Of a DNA stretch of 64,000 nt, positions 41,749 through 55,938 are shown one piece after another. This stretch comes from Octopus vulgaris (lineage: Eukaryota), in NCBI GenBank assembly GCA_951406725.2, contig OX597826.1:40610001-40674000 (forward strand), in the 5' to 3' direction. Each line of letters begins with the position of its first letter. Within the stretch, counting starts at the first letter, position 1. The notes below the pieces were generated by a model, which was not told the DNA's origin, searched no databases, and saw only the letters and a program-made list of their open reading frames with translations. The position numbers were made by a program, and so were the translations under genes.

Positions 41749-42666
41749 AAGGGGCGTCTGTCTCCGAAACTCCAAAGTTGAGTAACGTTTTCATGCTTGA
41801 AACTACGATAAGAATAACACTGGTCAACAAAGAATTTGTCCCAAGGAAAAGAATACCTGTATCTTATATGTTTTTACATGCAGAATTCAAAAATAATGTT
41901 AAATTATCTTATCATGCACAGTTTTTCTGTTCCTGTTACGTGGGCTAAATTTCAGTTAAGCTGTCGAAATGTGAAGGTACCGGCTTAAGAAATACTCCTA
42001 ATTAAAATTTTTGTTAATAGAATTAACCTAGTGAAATCATAAATCCAGCTAACTGAGTCAATGAGTCCCAAAAATATATGAAGTGAAAAATATGTTAAAA
42101 AATGCCAACATACAGAAAAATATGTAATATACTAACACACAGAAAAATTAAGACAAAACGCGGGAAGAATCTCATGTTGTGAAGAATCAAGTGTGAAAAA
42201 TCAACACAAACAACAGCATGCGGTTGTCATGGTAACAAGCAGCTAATGCCATGCTGTCTGTTGATTGGCTAAAATTACCCAAATGTCCCAACTTTAATTC
42301 CAAATAACATCAGATCCTTTAATTTACGTGATAAAGTAATTGATTGATCGTCAACAAAATTCAGATTTGCATCGATACACTAAAACTGAAAAGCAATCTG
42401 AGCAAAATTAAGGAGGGGGGGGCTCATTCGGCGAATGAGAAACGCTAGATCCTACTTTTTTATTTGTTTCAGTCATTTGACTGCAGCCATGCTGGAGCAC
42501 CACCTTTAGTCGAACAAATCGACCCCAGAGCATATTCTTTGTAAGCCTAGTACTTATTTTCCGAAATGCTAAGTTACGGGGACGTAAACATCAACATTGG
42601 TTGTCAAGCAATGGTGGGGAGACAAACACATACACACAGACACACAGACACACACATATATATATG

Positions 42667-42716
<50 letters not shown>

Positions 42717-43013
42717 AGTAGCCCTTCGTATATATACGAAGGGCTACTTTCAGTTTCCGTCTACCAAATCCACTCACAAGGGTTTGGTCAGCCCAAGGCT
42801 ATAGTAGAAGACACTTTCCCAAGGTGTCACGCAGTGGGACTGAACCCGGAACCATGTGGTAGGGAAGCAAGCTTCTTACCACAAAGCCACGCATGCGCCT
42901 CTGTGTGTGTGTGTGTTTCAATCTTTATCCATCAATCTAGCTAACTATATACCTATCTACGAATGTCTTTCTAGCATCAATTTATCTATCCATCTATTTA
43001 TCTAGCTATCTAC

Positions 43014-43107
<94 letters not shown>

Positions 43108-43687
43108 ATCTATCTAACTAGCTAACTAACATCTGCCAAATCGTTACATCTCTCTCTCATCTTGATTCAACACATCACAACAAAAAAAAGACCCTAAACA
43201 CAGTCACTTGTTAGTTTTCGACAACGAATTTCAAAGAAAAAAGATTAATCTACAACCATCTCTGATTACAATCTCCTTAACAGAACCGCAGCCCAAAAAC
43301 TACACACACACACACACGCACGTACACACACACACACACACACACACACTGTATATATATATGTGTGTGTATATGTATATATATGTATGTGTGTGTGAGT
43401 GTGTGCATGTGTAAGTATAACTATGTCGGTTTCTAACTGTACGTGTGTATGTGTGTATATATACATACATACATACACACGCACACACACTATATATATA
43501 TGTGTTTGTATGTATGTATACACACACACGTACAGTTAGAAACCGACATAGATATACTTACACATGCACACACTCACACATATATATATACACATATACA
43601 CATACATATACATATTTTTATATACATACATACATATACACATGTATATATTTATAAATATAGATAGATAGATAGATAGATAGATAC

Positions 43688-43830
<143 letters not shown>

Positions 43831-43974
43831 TAAACATACTACATACGTATATACATACATATCCCCATACATACATACATGCATACATACATACATACAT
43901 ACATACATACATACATACATACATACATACATACATACATACATACATACATACATACATAATACAGCTACTAA

Positions 43975-44330
43975 CACGCTGTCTTACAAATACATACATG
44001 CTGTTTACACTCACTGGAGTTGTGTAGATTATTAGTTGATGTAATAGGCTCAGTTTCACCATTATTAATAATATTATTATTGGAATTATGAACATCGGCA
44101 TATTGATTATTTGCAAAAGATATATTGCCAATGTTTACGTTGCTAGAAATTTTCATGTTAGATGAACTGTCATTTGTGATAGTATGAGCTGTACGGTTTT
44201 ATTTACTAGAGCTTTATTTTGCTATATATATTCAGCAGCTTTGCGTTTGGTAGAGTATGCCAATTTAACCGTGTGTCTGTTGAAAGTTTTATTATGATAC
44301 GGGCTAGATTTAGGGAAGTGCTTATCTAAC
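43975..44330 (-). mobile_element. Decayed PLE linker fragment
   Basis: LDKHFPKSSPYHNKTFNRHTVKLAYS followed by an Asn-rich stretch, homologous in type to the 7757-8220 region. Confidence 0.6.
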
Positions 44331-44381
44331 GCAATAGTTCTCAACCGGGGGTCATAACAATGTTGTCATTGTTATGGTTAC

Positions 44382-44507
44382 CTCATCCAAGAAGTCCTCT
44401 TCAAGTTCTCCTTTCTCATCAATGTTTCCAAATAGGAAACCTGTGAGGCAGGATATTGTTGACGATGCGACATCAGTCTGATCATCATGTTCTTCTTCAC
44501 TGTCCAT
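44382..44507 (-). CDS. TAF1: TAF1 N-terminal (TAND, TBP-binding) coding exon: MDSEEEHDDQTDVASSTISCLTGFLFGNIDEKGELEEDFLDE
   Basis: LTGFLFGNIDEKGELEEDFLDE matches the conserved TAF1 N-terminus (human [23 protein letters not shown]). Acceptor TTCCTGCAG gives an exon start at 44538, there is an in-frame upstream TGA, and a phase-0 donor GAG|GTAACC. Below the ORF-track length cutoff. Confidence 0.8.
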
Positions 44508-44544
44508 TGTCCACTGGTAAATGCATCAGTTCAGATTGCTGCAG

Positions 44545-44929
<385 letters not shown>

Positions 44930-45797
44930 TGCTCTTTATTAACCATAAAGGGTTTACATTAAGAAAAACGTTGTGGGCAGTACAGGACAATACAATGTGG
45001 GGTTACATGAAAGTCATGTAAACAATGAAAAGCAATCGATTATAACAACAAAATTCCTCAAAAGAGAGAAACCTACTGGAACTGCTGAAGGAGGTCCCAC
45101 AAGTCCACGACAGTCCTGACCACCAGGGTAAGCACCCTCGCTACTTTGTCTACAATTGCATGCTTAGAGTAGGCCCATTCACTCACGCCATTCTTGCGAC
45201 ATTCACCCACCTTTTAACAAAATTGCTGGGGTGGGAGAAGAACTTCTCTCTCCACCCTCACTTTCCTTTTCAAGAGAAACTTGAAAAAGTTGATGAGGGC
45301 TTGGCCGAAGAGGAAAGTGTTTGTCTTCAAGCCTTTTAGTCTGGTCCACCGCACAACCTCTTTCGCTAAAGCTATTAGGCAAAGAAAACCAGTTGCCCTT
45401 CCCGGACAAAGGAAGGCAGCGGAACTATCTTCACAATGGACTCAGCTGATAGCCGGATCCGTCCCACACGCGACTGCAGGTGTTTGACATAAACCCACAA
45501 GTCAGAAATACTCGGGTACTGAACGAAAGCATGCAGTACAGTTTGGTCGCTCAACTTGCATCTCGGGCAGGCCCGGCTAACTGCACTTCCGTGCCTGGAA
45601 AGTTTATCCCGGACAGGCAATGCCCCGCGGTAGCACTACTGCCAAAGATTTCTGGAAATTATCCGTAGGCTCCGACCCGAAAGTTCTCCGGAACGAGCTA
45701 GCCAACTCATTCTCGTCGATAACCAGAGTCTCCCCGAAAACGTCGTCCCACTAACTCGCCACTAACCCTCTATAGAAAGCCATAGTGGAACTTCCAA
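44930..45797 (-). mobile_element. Second, more diverged Tx1-type LINE 3' fragment
   Basis: LPVRDKLSRHGSAVSRACPRCKLSDQTVLHAFVQ, homologous to 17066-18221. Confidence 0.8.
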
Positions 45798-46011
45798 TAT
45801 TAATGATAATCCCTTCTATCATAGGCACAAGTCCTGAAATTTAGGGGAGAAGGATAGTCGAATACATTGATCCCAGGATTTTTTACTTGTTTCAGTCATT
45901 CGACTGACTGCGGCTATTTAAGTTTAGCGATCAACTTACTTTTTGAAGCTTGATACCGAAGTGCGGCGGTGCGGTACAAATACAGACACACATACACACA
46001 CATCTATGTAT

Positions 46012-46075
<64 letters not shown>

Positions 46076-46084
46076 TACAGTTTG

Positions 46085-46118
46085 GTCCGATGAACGGGAA
46101 CGTGAAACTCAGAGTAAC
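46085..46118 (+). ncRNA. Hammerhead motif, stem I mostly lost
   Basis: GT-CCGATGA-ACG ggaa CGT-GAAAC-TCAGA-GTA-AC, within a ~150 bp island between (TA)n tracts. Confidence 0.55.
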
Positions 46119-46251
46119 AGGTTTTGTTGAATTTTCTGGTGCTTTTAAATAAAGCATATTACTCTACCACTGGTATTTGAGTACTCTTTTTTCCACCTTG
46201 TTTCACATGTATGTGTTTACTCCGGTGTATATATATATATATATATATAAT

Positions 46252-46782
46252 AATAATAAATCTCTGAGCGAGGTATAAACAGTAACTGCTCTATAATATA
46301 AGCGGGATCAGCCATCTGAATGTGGCTAGGGACAGGGCGGGGTGGTGGGGGTGTTACTGATGCATTTAGCCCCAGGCGACTATCGACGTCACCAGAAGAG
46401 CCGACACCATCACGGTGTCCTTGCTAGCCTGCAAAGGGAGATCAGCCTCACCGAAGATACGGATGCTACACACGGACCGGTTTCGAGGTATTTGCCTCTT
46501 GTCAGCGCATGGCAAGCACCGTTCTTCGCTGAGGGACTTCCTGTACAGGCCAGATATATATAGATTTTCACAGTAACCACAGTCACTGGCGTAGAAAATC
46601 CGTTCGATAACAATAATAAATCTCTGAGCGAGGTATAAACAGTAACTGCTCTATAATATAAGCGGGATCAGCCATCTGAATGTGGCTAGGGACAGGGCGG
46701 GGTGGTGGGGGTGTTACTGATGCATTTAGAGGCTGATCTCCCTTTGCAGGCTAGCAAGGACACCGTGATGGTGTCGGCTCTT
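46252..46782 (-). mobile_element. HHR-containing non-coding unit, 360 bp period, with 5' inverted segment
   Basis: 118-bp identical direct repeat (46252-46369 / 46612-46729). 46729-46782 is the reverse complement of 46396-46449. (TA)n on both sides. Confidence 0.8.
46470..46510 (-). ncRNA. Hammerhead-like motif with G8A core change
   Basis: Minus strand reads ATGCG-CTGACAA-GAGG caaata CCTC-GAAAC-CG-GTC-CGTGT. Confidence 0.65.
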
Positions 46783-46783
46783 A

Positions 46784-46833
<50 letters not shown>

Positions 46834-46840
46834 ATGTATG

Positions 46841-46903
<63 letters not shown>

Positions 46904-47154
46904 GTATGTATATATATATATATATAGTAGTAACAGAAAAGAGGAATTTCGGTTGTCCCCATGTGGTGGATTGTAATGTATATAAGAAAAGTAGAAACGG
47001 AAAATACGCACACTTACATGGTTATAGTTTAATTTTTAATGTATCGACCGGTTTCGCAATCGCTATTCATGTTGTTTATAATGAGATTCACACATAAACA
47101 ATATGGACCCATTTTCTTCTTAAGAAAAAATATATTTTCATATAAATTAAACAT

Positions 47155-47191
47155 TGTATCATGAATAGCGATTGCGAAACCGGTCGATACA
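47155..47191 (+). ncRNA. Minimal hammerhead motif with A3-U8 core
   Basis: TGTATC-ATGAATA-GC gatt GC-GAAAC-CG-GTC-GATACA, in the right arm of the inverted repeat 46981-47071 / 47160-47258. Confidence 0.65.
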
Positions 47192-47252
47192 TTAAAAATT
47201 ATACTATAACCATGTAAGTGTGCGTATTTTCCGTTTTTATTTTTTTATTTTT

Positions 47253-47357
<105 letters not shown>

Positions 47358-47364
47358 ATATATA

Positions 47365-48185
47365 TTGGACTGACAACTAAGTTCACGCCGTTTTTTAAAT
47401 TTCGGAATTTATTTTGTTTGCTTTTTTCTAGTTATTTTAGTTAATTTTAGTTTATTTTCACATCATTAAAATGGAATGTCAAGTTAAGAAAAACGAGCAT
47501 TTCGACAGCTTCTTTTTGCTTTTAATCAAGGTTCTAAGGCCGCAAAAGCTGCTCGCGACATTTGGGCTGTGTATGAAGAGGGGGCCATAGCTGAAAGAAC
47601 CGCTCGTGATTGGTATGCCAAAGACGCACTTCGTTCTGGCCGTCAGTCGAGTTTGATGAAGAGCGATTGAACCAACTTTTGCACGAAAATTCTCGTCAAA
47701 CGACAAGGGAACTAGCAAAGAAAATGGAATGCTCCCACACTATTATAGAGAAGCATCTTCACTCGATGGGAAAGGTTCAGAAATATGGAACATGGATTCC
47801 GCATGCTTTAAGTAACGAAAATCAACGAGTCACAATCTCCACTGGTTTGCTTGCTCGTCACCGCTCAACACAAGCAATGATTTCTTTACCGAATCGTTAC
47901 TGGCGACGAAAAATGGTGCCTGTACATCAATATGAAGCAGCATAAGGAATGGCTTAGCCCCGGTAAACAAGCGACACCGCGCGTGAAACAAGTATGGTGG
48001 GACTGGGAAAGGATTATCCATTACGACTCGCTTGAACGGAACCAAACGGTCAACGCGGAACTCTTATGTTCAAGCGGTGGAACGACTCAACACGGCTATT
48101 CAAGAGAAAGACCTAATCGGCAGTATGGAGTTCTTCAGTATGGAGCCCTCCCTCATATCGCCAATATGACCAAGGAAGCCATTGG
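47365..48185 (+). mobile_element. 3'-truncated, decayed mariner transposon (second family)
   Basis: TA followed by TIR-like TTGGACTGACAACTAAGTTC. Translates to MECQVKKNEHFR..AARDIWAVY, WIPHAL, RIVTGDEKW and VWWDWERIIHY. Confidence 0.85.
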
Positions 48186-48345
48186 ACAGAATGAGAAACG
48201 GGAACATAAAAAACAAAGCAGGCGGAACGAACTTTTTTTCGAACAACAAAAAAAAAAAGAAACGAAGAGAAACGAGACATTCAACATAAAGAGCATTCCC
48301 TTCATCAGTTGTCTCCTGTTTCATCTACTCCGCGTATATATATGC

Positions 48346-48378
<33 letters not shown>

Positions 48379-48392
48379 ATACGCACACACAC

Positions 48393-48425
<33 letters not shown>

Positions 48426-48561
48426 TGTATGTATGTATGTATGTATGTATGTATGTATGTATGTGTGTGTGTGTGTAGTATATATACGTATGACTAGATG
48501 CGCTCGACGCCTGATAATTATATATCTTTTGAATATGTGTGTGTATTAATTACATACAATC

Positions 48562-48607
<46 letters not shown>

Positions 48608-48991
48608 GCAAGTATGATATAAAATCTAAATTAGCAATCTTAACCCGTACGATAGGCAAAAAGCTATTTTAAAATCTCATTAACTAAATCGTTCTCATCT
48701 GTAGATACAGAGTAGAGATTATAAACTTCGATTTCTATTGGGAACGAACTTAAAATTATGCCTGGAGTTTATTATGTCAAATACACACACACTCACTCAC
48801 TCGCACGCACACAGGCGCGCGCGCGCACACACACACTCAAACATAAACACACACACTCTCACACACATACACACGATTGTGAGTTGCCAGCATTTTAACA
48901 ACCGATTCCTTATATTCCCAATTTCTATCTGCGTTCTCTGTTCTCCGAAATCGGCTGCACACACTAAAAAAAATGCCTTGTGGCTGTGTGG

Positions 48992-49157
48992 AGGCGCAGG
49001 AGTGGCTGTGTGGTAAGTAGCTTGCTAACCAACCACATGGTTCCGAGTTCAGTCCCACTGCGTGGCATCTTGGGCAAGTGTCTTCTGCTATAGCCCCGGG
49101 CCGACCAATGCCTTGTGAGTGGATTTGGTCGACGGAAACTGAAAGAAGCCTGTCGTA

Positions 49158-49202
<45 letters not shown>

Positions 49203-49416
49203 TTGTGTGTCGTGTTTGTCCTCCTAGCGTTGCTTGACAACCGATGCTGGTGTGTTTACGTCCCCGTCACTTAGCAGTTCGGAGAAAGAGACCAATAGAA
49301 TAAGTACTGGGCTTACAAAGAATAAGTCCTGGGGTCGATTTGCTCGACTAAAAGGCGGTGCTCCAGCATGGCCGCAGTCAAATGACTATAACAAGTAAAA
49401 GAGAGTAAAAGAGAGT
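48992..49416 (+). mobile_element. Major SINE copy
   Basis: Near-identical to 36418-36853. Confidence 0.9.
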
Positions 49417-49849
49417 ATTGTAATATAATATTAAAATATTATATGAAAATAATATTGAAATCTTGGGTCCAAGGAAAGTGGTGAAAGCAGTAATGCTCTA
49501 CGTTTGGAAGATTGGTAATTTTCATTTGCTGTGACGGATTGCAGAATATAATAATGTTTCGTCGATTTTGTCCTCTCAGCCGAAGGATTTAAGAGTAAAC
49601 CTCAAGTTGAAGGTTTTGATACAAAGAGGGATCGTCAAAAAATGTGGGTGATGCGACGTGTTAAATAGTTCTGGAAGATGAAATGAGTAAATGACAAGTG
49701 TCAATAAGTTGGACAAGAAGGTGAGACAATATATACGTCACACAGCCACAAGAGATATGAATTAAAGCGACATGTCGAAGTATTGCGGGAAAGAGAGGGA
49801 AGGATGAGGAAGGGTGGTAGGAACAATACATTAAACATCTACAATTATG

Positions 49850-49905
<56 letters not shown>

Positions 49906-49963
49906 CGTACATATATATACATATACATATACATTGCTAAACCTCGCTAAGATAAATATTTCA

Positions 49964-50035
49964 ATTACCTGAAGATTGACTGTAACCATAACTCGAATAT
50001 TACGAATTGGACAGCCATGAAACGATCGTAGTGTT
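49964..50035 (+). ncRNA. Decayed hammerhead motif with long stem II
   Basis: CTGAAGA at 49969, TTGACTGT/ACAGCCAT stem II, GAAAC-GATC-GTA at 50019-50030, weak stem I. Confidence 0.5.
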
Positions 50036-50176
50036 TTACTCATTATCTTTTATTAAACTTTTAAAACTTTTGATATATATTTAAAATAATATAAATTAAT
50101 TAATTTTATGTATTGGCTTAAGTTTTTCATTGTTTGATTTGCCTAATAGTGGTTTTATCTCTAATTTAATATAATA

Positions 50177-50212
<36 letters not shown>

Positions 50213-52084
50213 TGTATGTATGCATGTATGTATGTATGTATGTATGTATGTATGTATGTATGTATGTATGCTCTGTTACTTGTTTCATTCATGTGATTGC
50301 GGCCATGCTGGAGCATCGCCTTTAGTCGAGCAAATCAACTCCAGGACTTATTCTTTGTAAGCCTAGTACTTATTCTATCAGTCTCTTTTGCCGAACTGCC
50401 AGGTTACGGGGACGTAAACACAACAACATCGTATATATATATATGTGTCTGTGTGTGTGTGTGTCTGTGTTTGTCCCCCACCATCGCTTGACAACCAATG
50501 CTGGTGTGTTTACGTTCCCGTAATCTGGCGGTTCGGCAAACGAGTACGATAGAATAACTACTAGGCTTACAAAGAATAAGTCCTGGAATAGATTTGTTCG
50601 ACTAAAGGCGGTGCTCCAGCATGGCGGCAGTTAAATGACTGAAACAACTAAAAGAGTAAAAGAATATGTATAGCTTGCTTACCAACCACATGGTTCCAAG
50701 TTCAGTGCTACTGCGTGGCACCTTGGGCAAGTGTCTTCTACTTGCGAGTGGATTTGGTAGACGGAAACTGAAAGAAGACCGTCGAGTGTATGTGTGTGTG
50801 TGCGTGCGTGTGTGTGCGTGTGTGCGTGTGTATGCATGTGTGTGTATGTGTTTGTGTGTCTGTGTTTGTCCCTCAATATCGCTTGACAACCGATGCTGGT
50901 CCGTTTACGTAAATTAACTGTTCGGCAAAAGAGACCGATACAATAAGTACTTAGCTTACAAAGAATAAGTCCTGGGGGCGATTTGCTCAACTTAAGGCGG
51001 TGCTCTAGCATGTATGTATGTATGTATGTATGTATGTATGTATGTATGTATGTATGTATGTATGTACACACACACACATACATACTGACATCCTATTCCG
51101 CTACATTTAGGCGTTCGATCTGCCAGAAATAACAGCTAAATCTTTCACTGTGGGAAAGATCCCTTTCCCACAGATTGGCTGTCGATTTTCGAAAATTTTA
51201 GAATTTGGTACACTTATGTAGTTTTCTAAGCTGAATCTCAGGCGATATTGCATTTTTTGCAGAAAAATTGTTTAAAGCTTTAACGTTTGATCATTGTCAC
51301 CCAGTCAGGAAACAGGATTTGGAAGTTGTCATTTTGTGCGTGGCGTGTTTTAATATGAAATTGTAAATAAATCAACTTCTGCTTTATGCACGACATATAA
51401 CCCTTCATAACTTCTTTATTCTTTGGAATTTTCATTCAAAAATTTGCGAATTTGTATTCTGCACTCGAGAATTCAAACGGTTATATGAACCCCACCACTT
51501 CCAAAAATAAATGGTGGTGCGTATTTTAGGCTTATTTGGCTGCTATTTTTAGCACATTTTAGCGTAGAATATATTTGTCAACACGAGCTATCTCGTAGAC
51601 AAAAGAGTTCTCACGTTTGGTTTGTTACTATGGAAACAGGCATGAATGTCTCTGTGGCATACGATTGGATAAAATTTTCCAAAATTTGCAAAACTTTAAA
51701 AGCTAAAATCTCTTCATTTATTGATTTATTGCGAAAATTTATTTCAAAGCAGTGATTAGTATATAAAACCATGTTACACCGAATATGAAGTCAATTCGAG
51801 CAGGAATTGAAGAGCTGAGGCTGAATAACAACAACAACAACATTTACCTGTTTATGTATCTATTCCGTTAGGAAAAAGTCGAACGAAGATTTTACCAAAA
51901 TATCCCCAAGACATCTTAACAAAATGTCTCCAAGCGTTTACTATTAATTCCTTCTAAAGCTCTCCAGAATTGATTCGTGCCAAAATAAAATAACTCCAAG
52001 GCTAACATTCACACAGACACGAAGGTACACATACATATTTACAGCTGTTTTAATAAAAAATTCAGTTATGGTCGCGCAGAATTC

Positions 52085-52143
52085 ATTCATCATCATCGAC
52101 GTCATCATCCTCCTCCTCCTCCTCCTCCTCATCATCATCATCC

Positions 52144-52230
<87 letters not shown>

Positions 52231-52264
52231 CCATCACCATCACCATCACCATCACCATCATCAC

Positions 52265-52296
<32 letters not shown>

Positions 52297-52348
52297 CCAT
52301 CACCATCATCATCACCATCACCATCACCATCATCACCATCACCATCAC

Positions 52349-52380
<32 letters not shown>

Positions 52381-52387
52381 CCATCAC

Positions 52388-52422
<35 letters not shown>

Positions 52423-52490
52423 CCATCACCATCATCACCATCACCATCGCCATCATCATCATCATCATCATCATTTATCACCATCACCAA
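52085..52490. repeat. Compound (CAT)n/(CAC) trinucleotide microsatellite
   Basis: Directly visible. Confidence 0.95.
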
Positions 52491-53175
52491 TACTATTATC
52501 TACGATACTAAAATCATTGCAAATCATTACAAATCATTACAATATTATTTTCAAATTTTGGCACAAAGCCAGCAATTTCGGTGGAGCGAGTAAGACGATT
52601 ACAGCGACTTTCAGTGATCAAGTGATGCTTATTTTATCGACCCCCACCCCCAGAAGGATGAAAGGCAAAGTCGACATCGACGGAAATTGAAAACATAAGG
52701 TTAAGACGGACGAAATGCCGCTAAGCATTCTGCTCGGTGTGCTAACGATTCTGCCAGCTCGCCGCCCCGACAAATCATCATAACATTAATCAACATTATA
52801 TTGTCATCATCATCACCCTCATCATCATCATCATCACTGTCATCATTATCATAATCATCATCAGCGGTATAACAATCCCTTATCGCAACAACTACCACCA
52901 CCACCACCATCATTTCATCGGTTACCCACTCCACCGCTACTTAAACCTACTCCCACCTTTTTTTTTTTTTTTGTATCCCTTATCAGGGTCATAAACCTTC
53001 TTACTTACATGTCTTCCTTGGTTTGGTGTGTCCTCTCATAGTAAATATAGGGCCGGCCACAACACCCTTTTCTTCCGACAGGGATCAGGGGTTCACTGGC
53101 AGACAAACAGTCACCAAGTCATCTGTCTTTGATAGTGATGAATAGGTGGCACTGGCGTGGGAATAACTATGAATG

Positions 53176-53725
<550 letters not shown>

Positions 53726-54909
53726 ATGAATGAATGAAAATATCCATACATACGTAAGGATTATTTATGTGTGTATGCGTGTATGCGTGTGTGCGTGTGT
53801 GCAGAGTGTGTGTTTGTGTGTAGACCGAATGTCGCCATATTGTTGATTCCTAGTAGATGTTTTATTGAGAAAACTCACCCTAACCATCGCAAGCACAACC
53901 ACAACCACCGTCACTACTACTACTGCCACTACCACCACCGTCACCACCTCTCGATGTCGACAACACAAACAATAATATCCTCTTAGTAAAGATTTATTAT
54001 GTCAGGCTATTTTGACTAACCCGTATTGTTTTAGTTTCTTTTTCTCCTCTTCCTCCATCATCCTCCTCTTCTTCTTCTTCTTCTTCTTCTTCTTCTTCTT
54101 CTTCTTCTTCTTCTTCTTCTTCTTCTTCCTTTTTCCTTTTCTTCCTCTTCTTTTTTCTTTTTCTTCTCTTTGTCTTTTTTCCTCTTCTTCCCCTAATCTT
54201 CTTGTTATCATTCTTCTCTTTCCCTCTGTTTTTTTCTATGTGTCTGTATATATATATATAGAAACATACAATAAGATATAATATATTAATATATAAGGAT
54301 ATATTAAATACATTATAAGATACGTGGTCATAGCAATTAAAGCCAAAATGTTAAAATTAATAAAATAGCACCTACAATGAGAGCCAAAATTTAACTCAAA
54401 TATAGTACTTGACTGGTATTTTATTTTATCGAACTCTGAGGGATGAAAGGCAAAGCTGACGTTGGCGGGATCTGATGTCAGACTTTAATGTGCTTGAGCA
54501 AATTTCGCAAGGTACTTTTTGAGCTAATAGAACCGGAAACTGTGTTAAACAATAACATTGGTTTCAAATTTTGGTACAAGGCCAGCAATTTTGGGGGCAG
54601 GTACTGAGTCGATTACATCGACCGCAGTGCTCGACTGATACTTATTTTAACGACCTCAGAAGAATGTAAACCAAAGCCGACCTCGGCAGAATTTGAACCC
54701 AGAACGTAAAGACCGACGAAATGCCGATAAGCATTTTACCCAGCGCGAACAATCTGCTTGCTCGCAGCATCATATTGAAAATTACATAACTCTAGAATGC
54801 CTGCCCTAAGTTACTTGTTGCCGCTCGGCAGTAATAATTGTTTCAAATTTTGACACAAGGCCTGTAATTTTAGGGGGTGAAGTTAGTCGATTACATCGAC
54901 CTCAGTGGT

Positions 54910-55110
54910 CGAGAAACAGGAGAAGAGCAGTAAATTAGATATGATGGAATTTAAAAATTTGTAGTCATTGAAGGTATTATATATGTTGTTGTTGGAGCCT
55001 TGGGTACTGTAAGTACCTTGCTCACAAACTGCGGTGGAGGGGAAGACGGTAAAGTGAAAAGTATTGATGGTGCTCGCATCAGAAGTCTGAATGATGTGTG
55101 TATGCAGACG
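54910..55110 (+). mobile_element. Highly decayed C-terminus of an RLE-type LINE
   Basis: IIYVVVGALGTVS...GARIRSLN parallels TIPVVIGALGMI...GTAHILRKIL of the 8565-9086 ORF. Confidence 0.5.
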
Positions 55111-55539
55111 TAGTGGTGATGGTGGTGGTACTGTTGTTTATCATGCAGCTTTGCAATAAGTTCCAAGTTGACAAATTATATCATTGTTTTGATGAAAATT
55201 GTTCTTTGCTTGAAAAATATTGTTCAAATTTAACAAAATATAAAACGTACTCGAGGCATGAAGTGTCACTATTGGGTCCAAGGCCTAATGAAGAGCCCTC
55301 CACTGGAGGGAGCTTAAAAGCCGCCCGATTGGATGGCTTTTAAGCTAGTATATTGAATGAGAAAACAGTATGGACGATTTTTTAGAGTCTAATAATAACC
55401 TGTACGCCTTTCTGATTATGAAGATTTACAAACATACTTTCCCAGTGATACTCGGTTTACCTACCATTATAAACAATACCAAATGTTTTTTCTAAAACCT
55501 TTCATAATGTGATACAAGTCTTTGGTGTAGCAATTGCAT

Positions 55540-55631
55540 GCGGCTGAAGAAGACTTTAAACTATCTGTTATGTCGATTATGCATTGATGTAAGAATAAGT
55601 TGTTTTATAAAGCTCGAAACATGTGTACCGC
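55540..55631 (+). ncRNA. Hammerhead motif with long stem II insertion
   Basis: GCGG-CTGAAGA-(aGACTTTA...TAAAGCTC, 65 nt)-GAAAC-ATGT-GTA-CCGC. Confidence 0.6.
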
Positions 55632-55852
55632 GACATCCTTTGTGTCCTGTTTTTCATTTTATTTCATTTGATACATATATATATATATATATATATACTC
55701 TTTTATTATTTTATTTGTTTCATTCCTTTGACTGCGTCCATGCTGAAGCACCGCCTTTAGTCGAACAAATCAACCCGAACCACTAAGTTACGGGGATGTA
55801 AACACACTAACTTCGGTTGTCAAGCGATAGTGTGGGAGGACAAGCACAGAAA

Positions 55853-55938
<86 letters not shown>

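Noticed and set aside
46252-46729. LTR or CRISPR interpretation of the 118-bp direct repeats
   Set aside because: No TG..CA ends, PBS/PPT or TSD, and only two copies. The HHR plus inversion fits a PLE-type unit better.
48185-48335. Minus-strand CTGATGAAG in a repeat that truncates the second mariner
   Set aside because: No matching GAAA-stem III-NUH-stem I could be assigned within the fragment.
54965-55008. Apparent plus-strand exon (TTGTAG...GTAAGT)
   Set aside because: The sequence is better explained as a decayed LINE endonuclease end.
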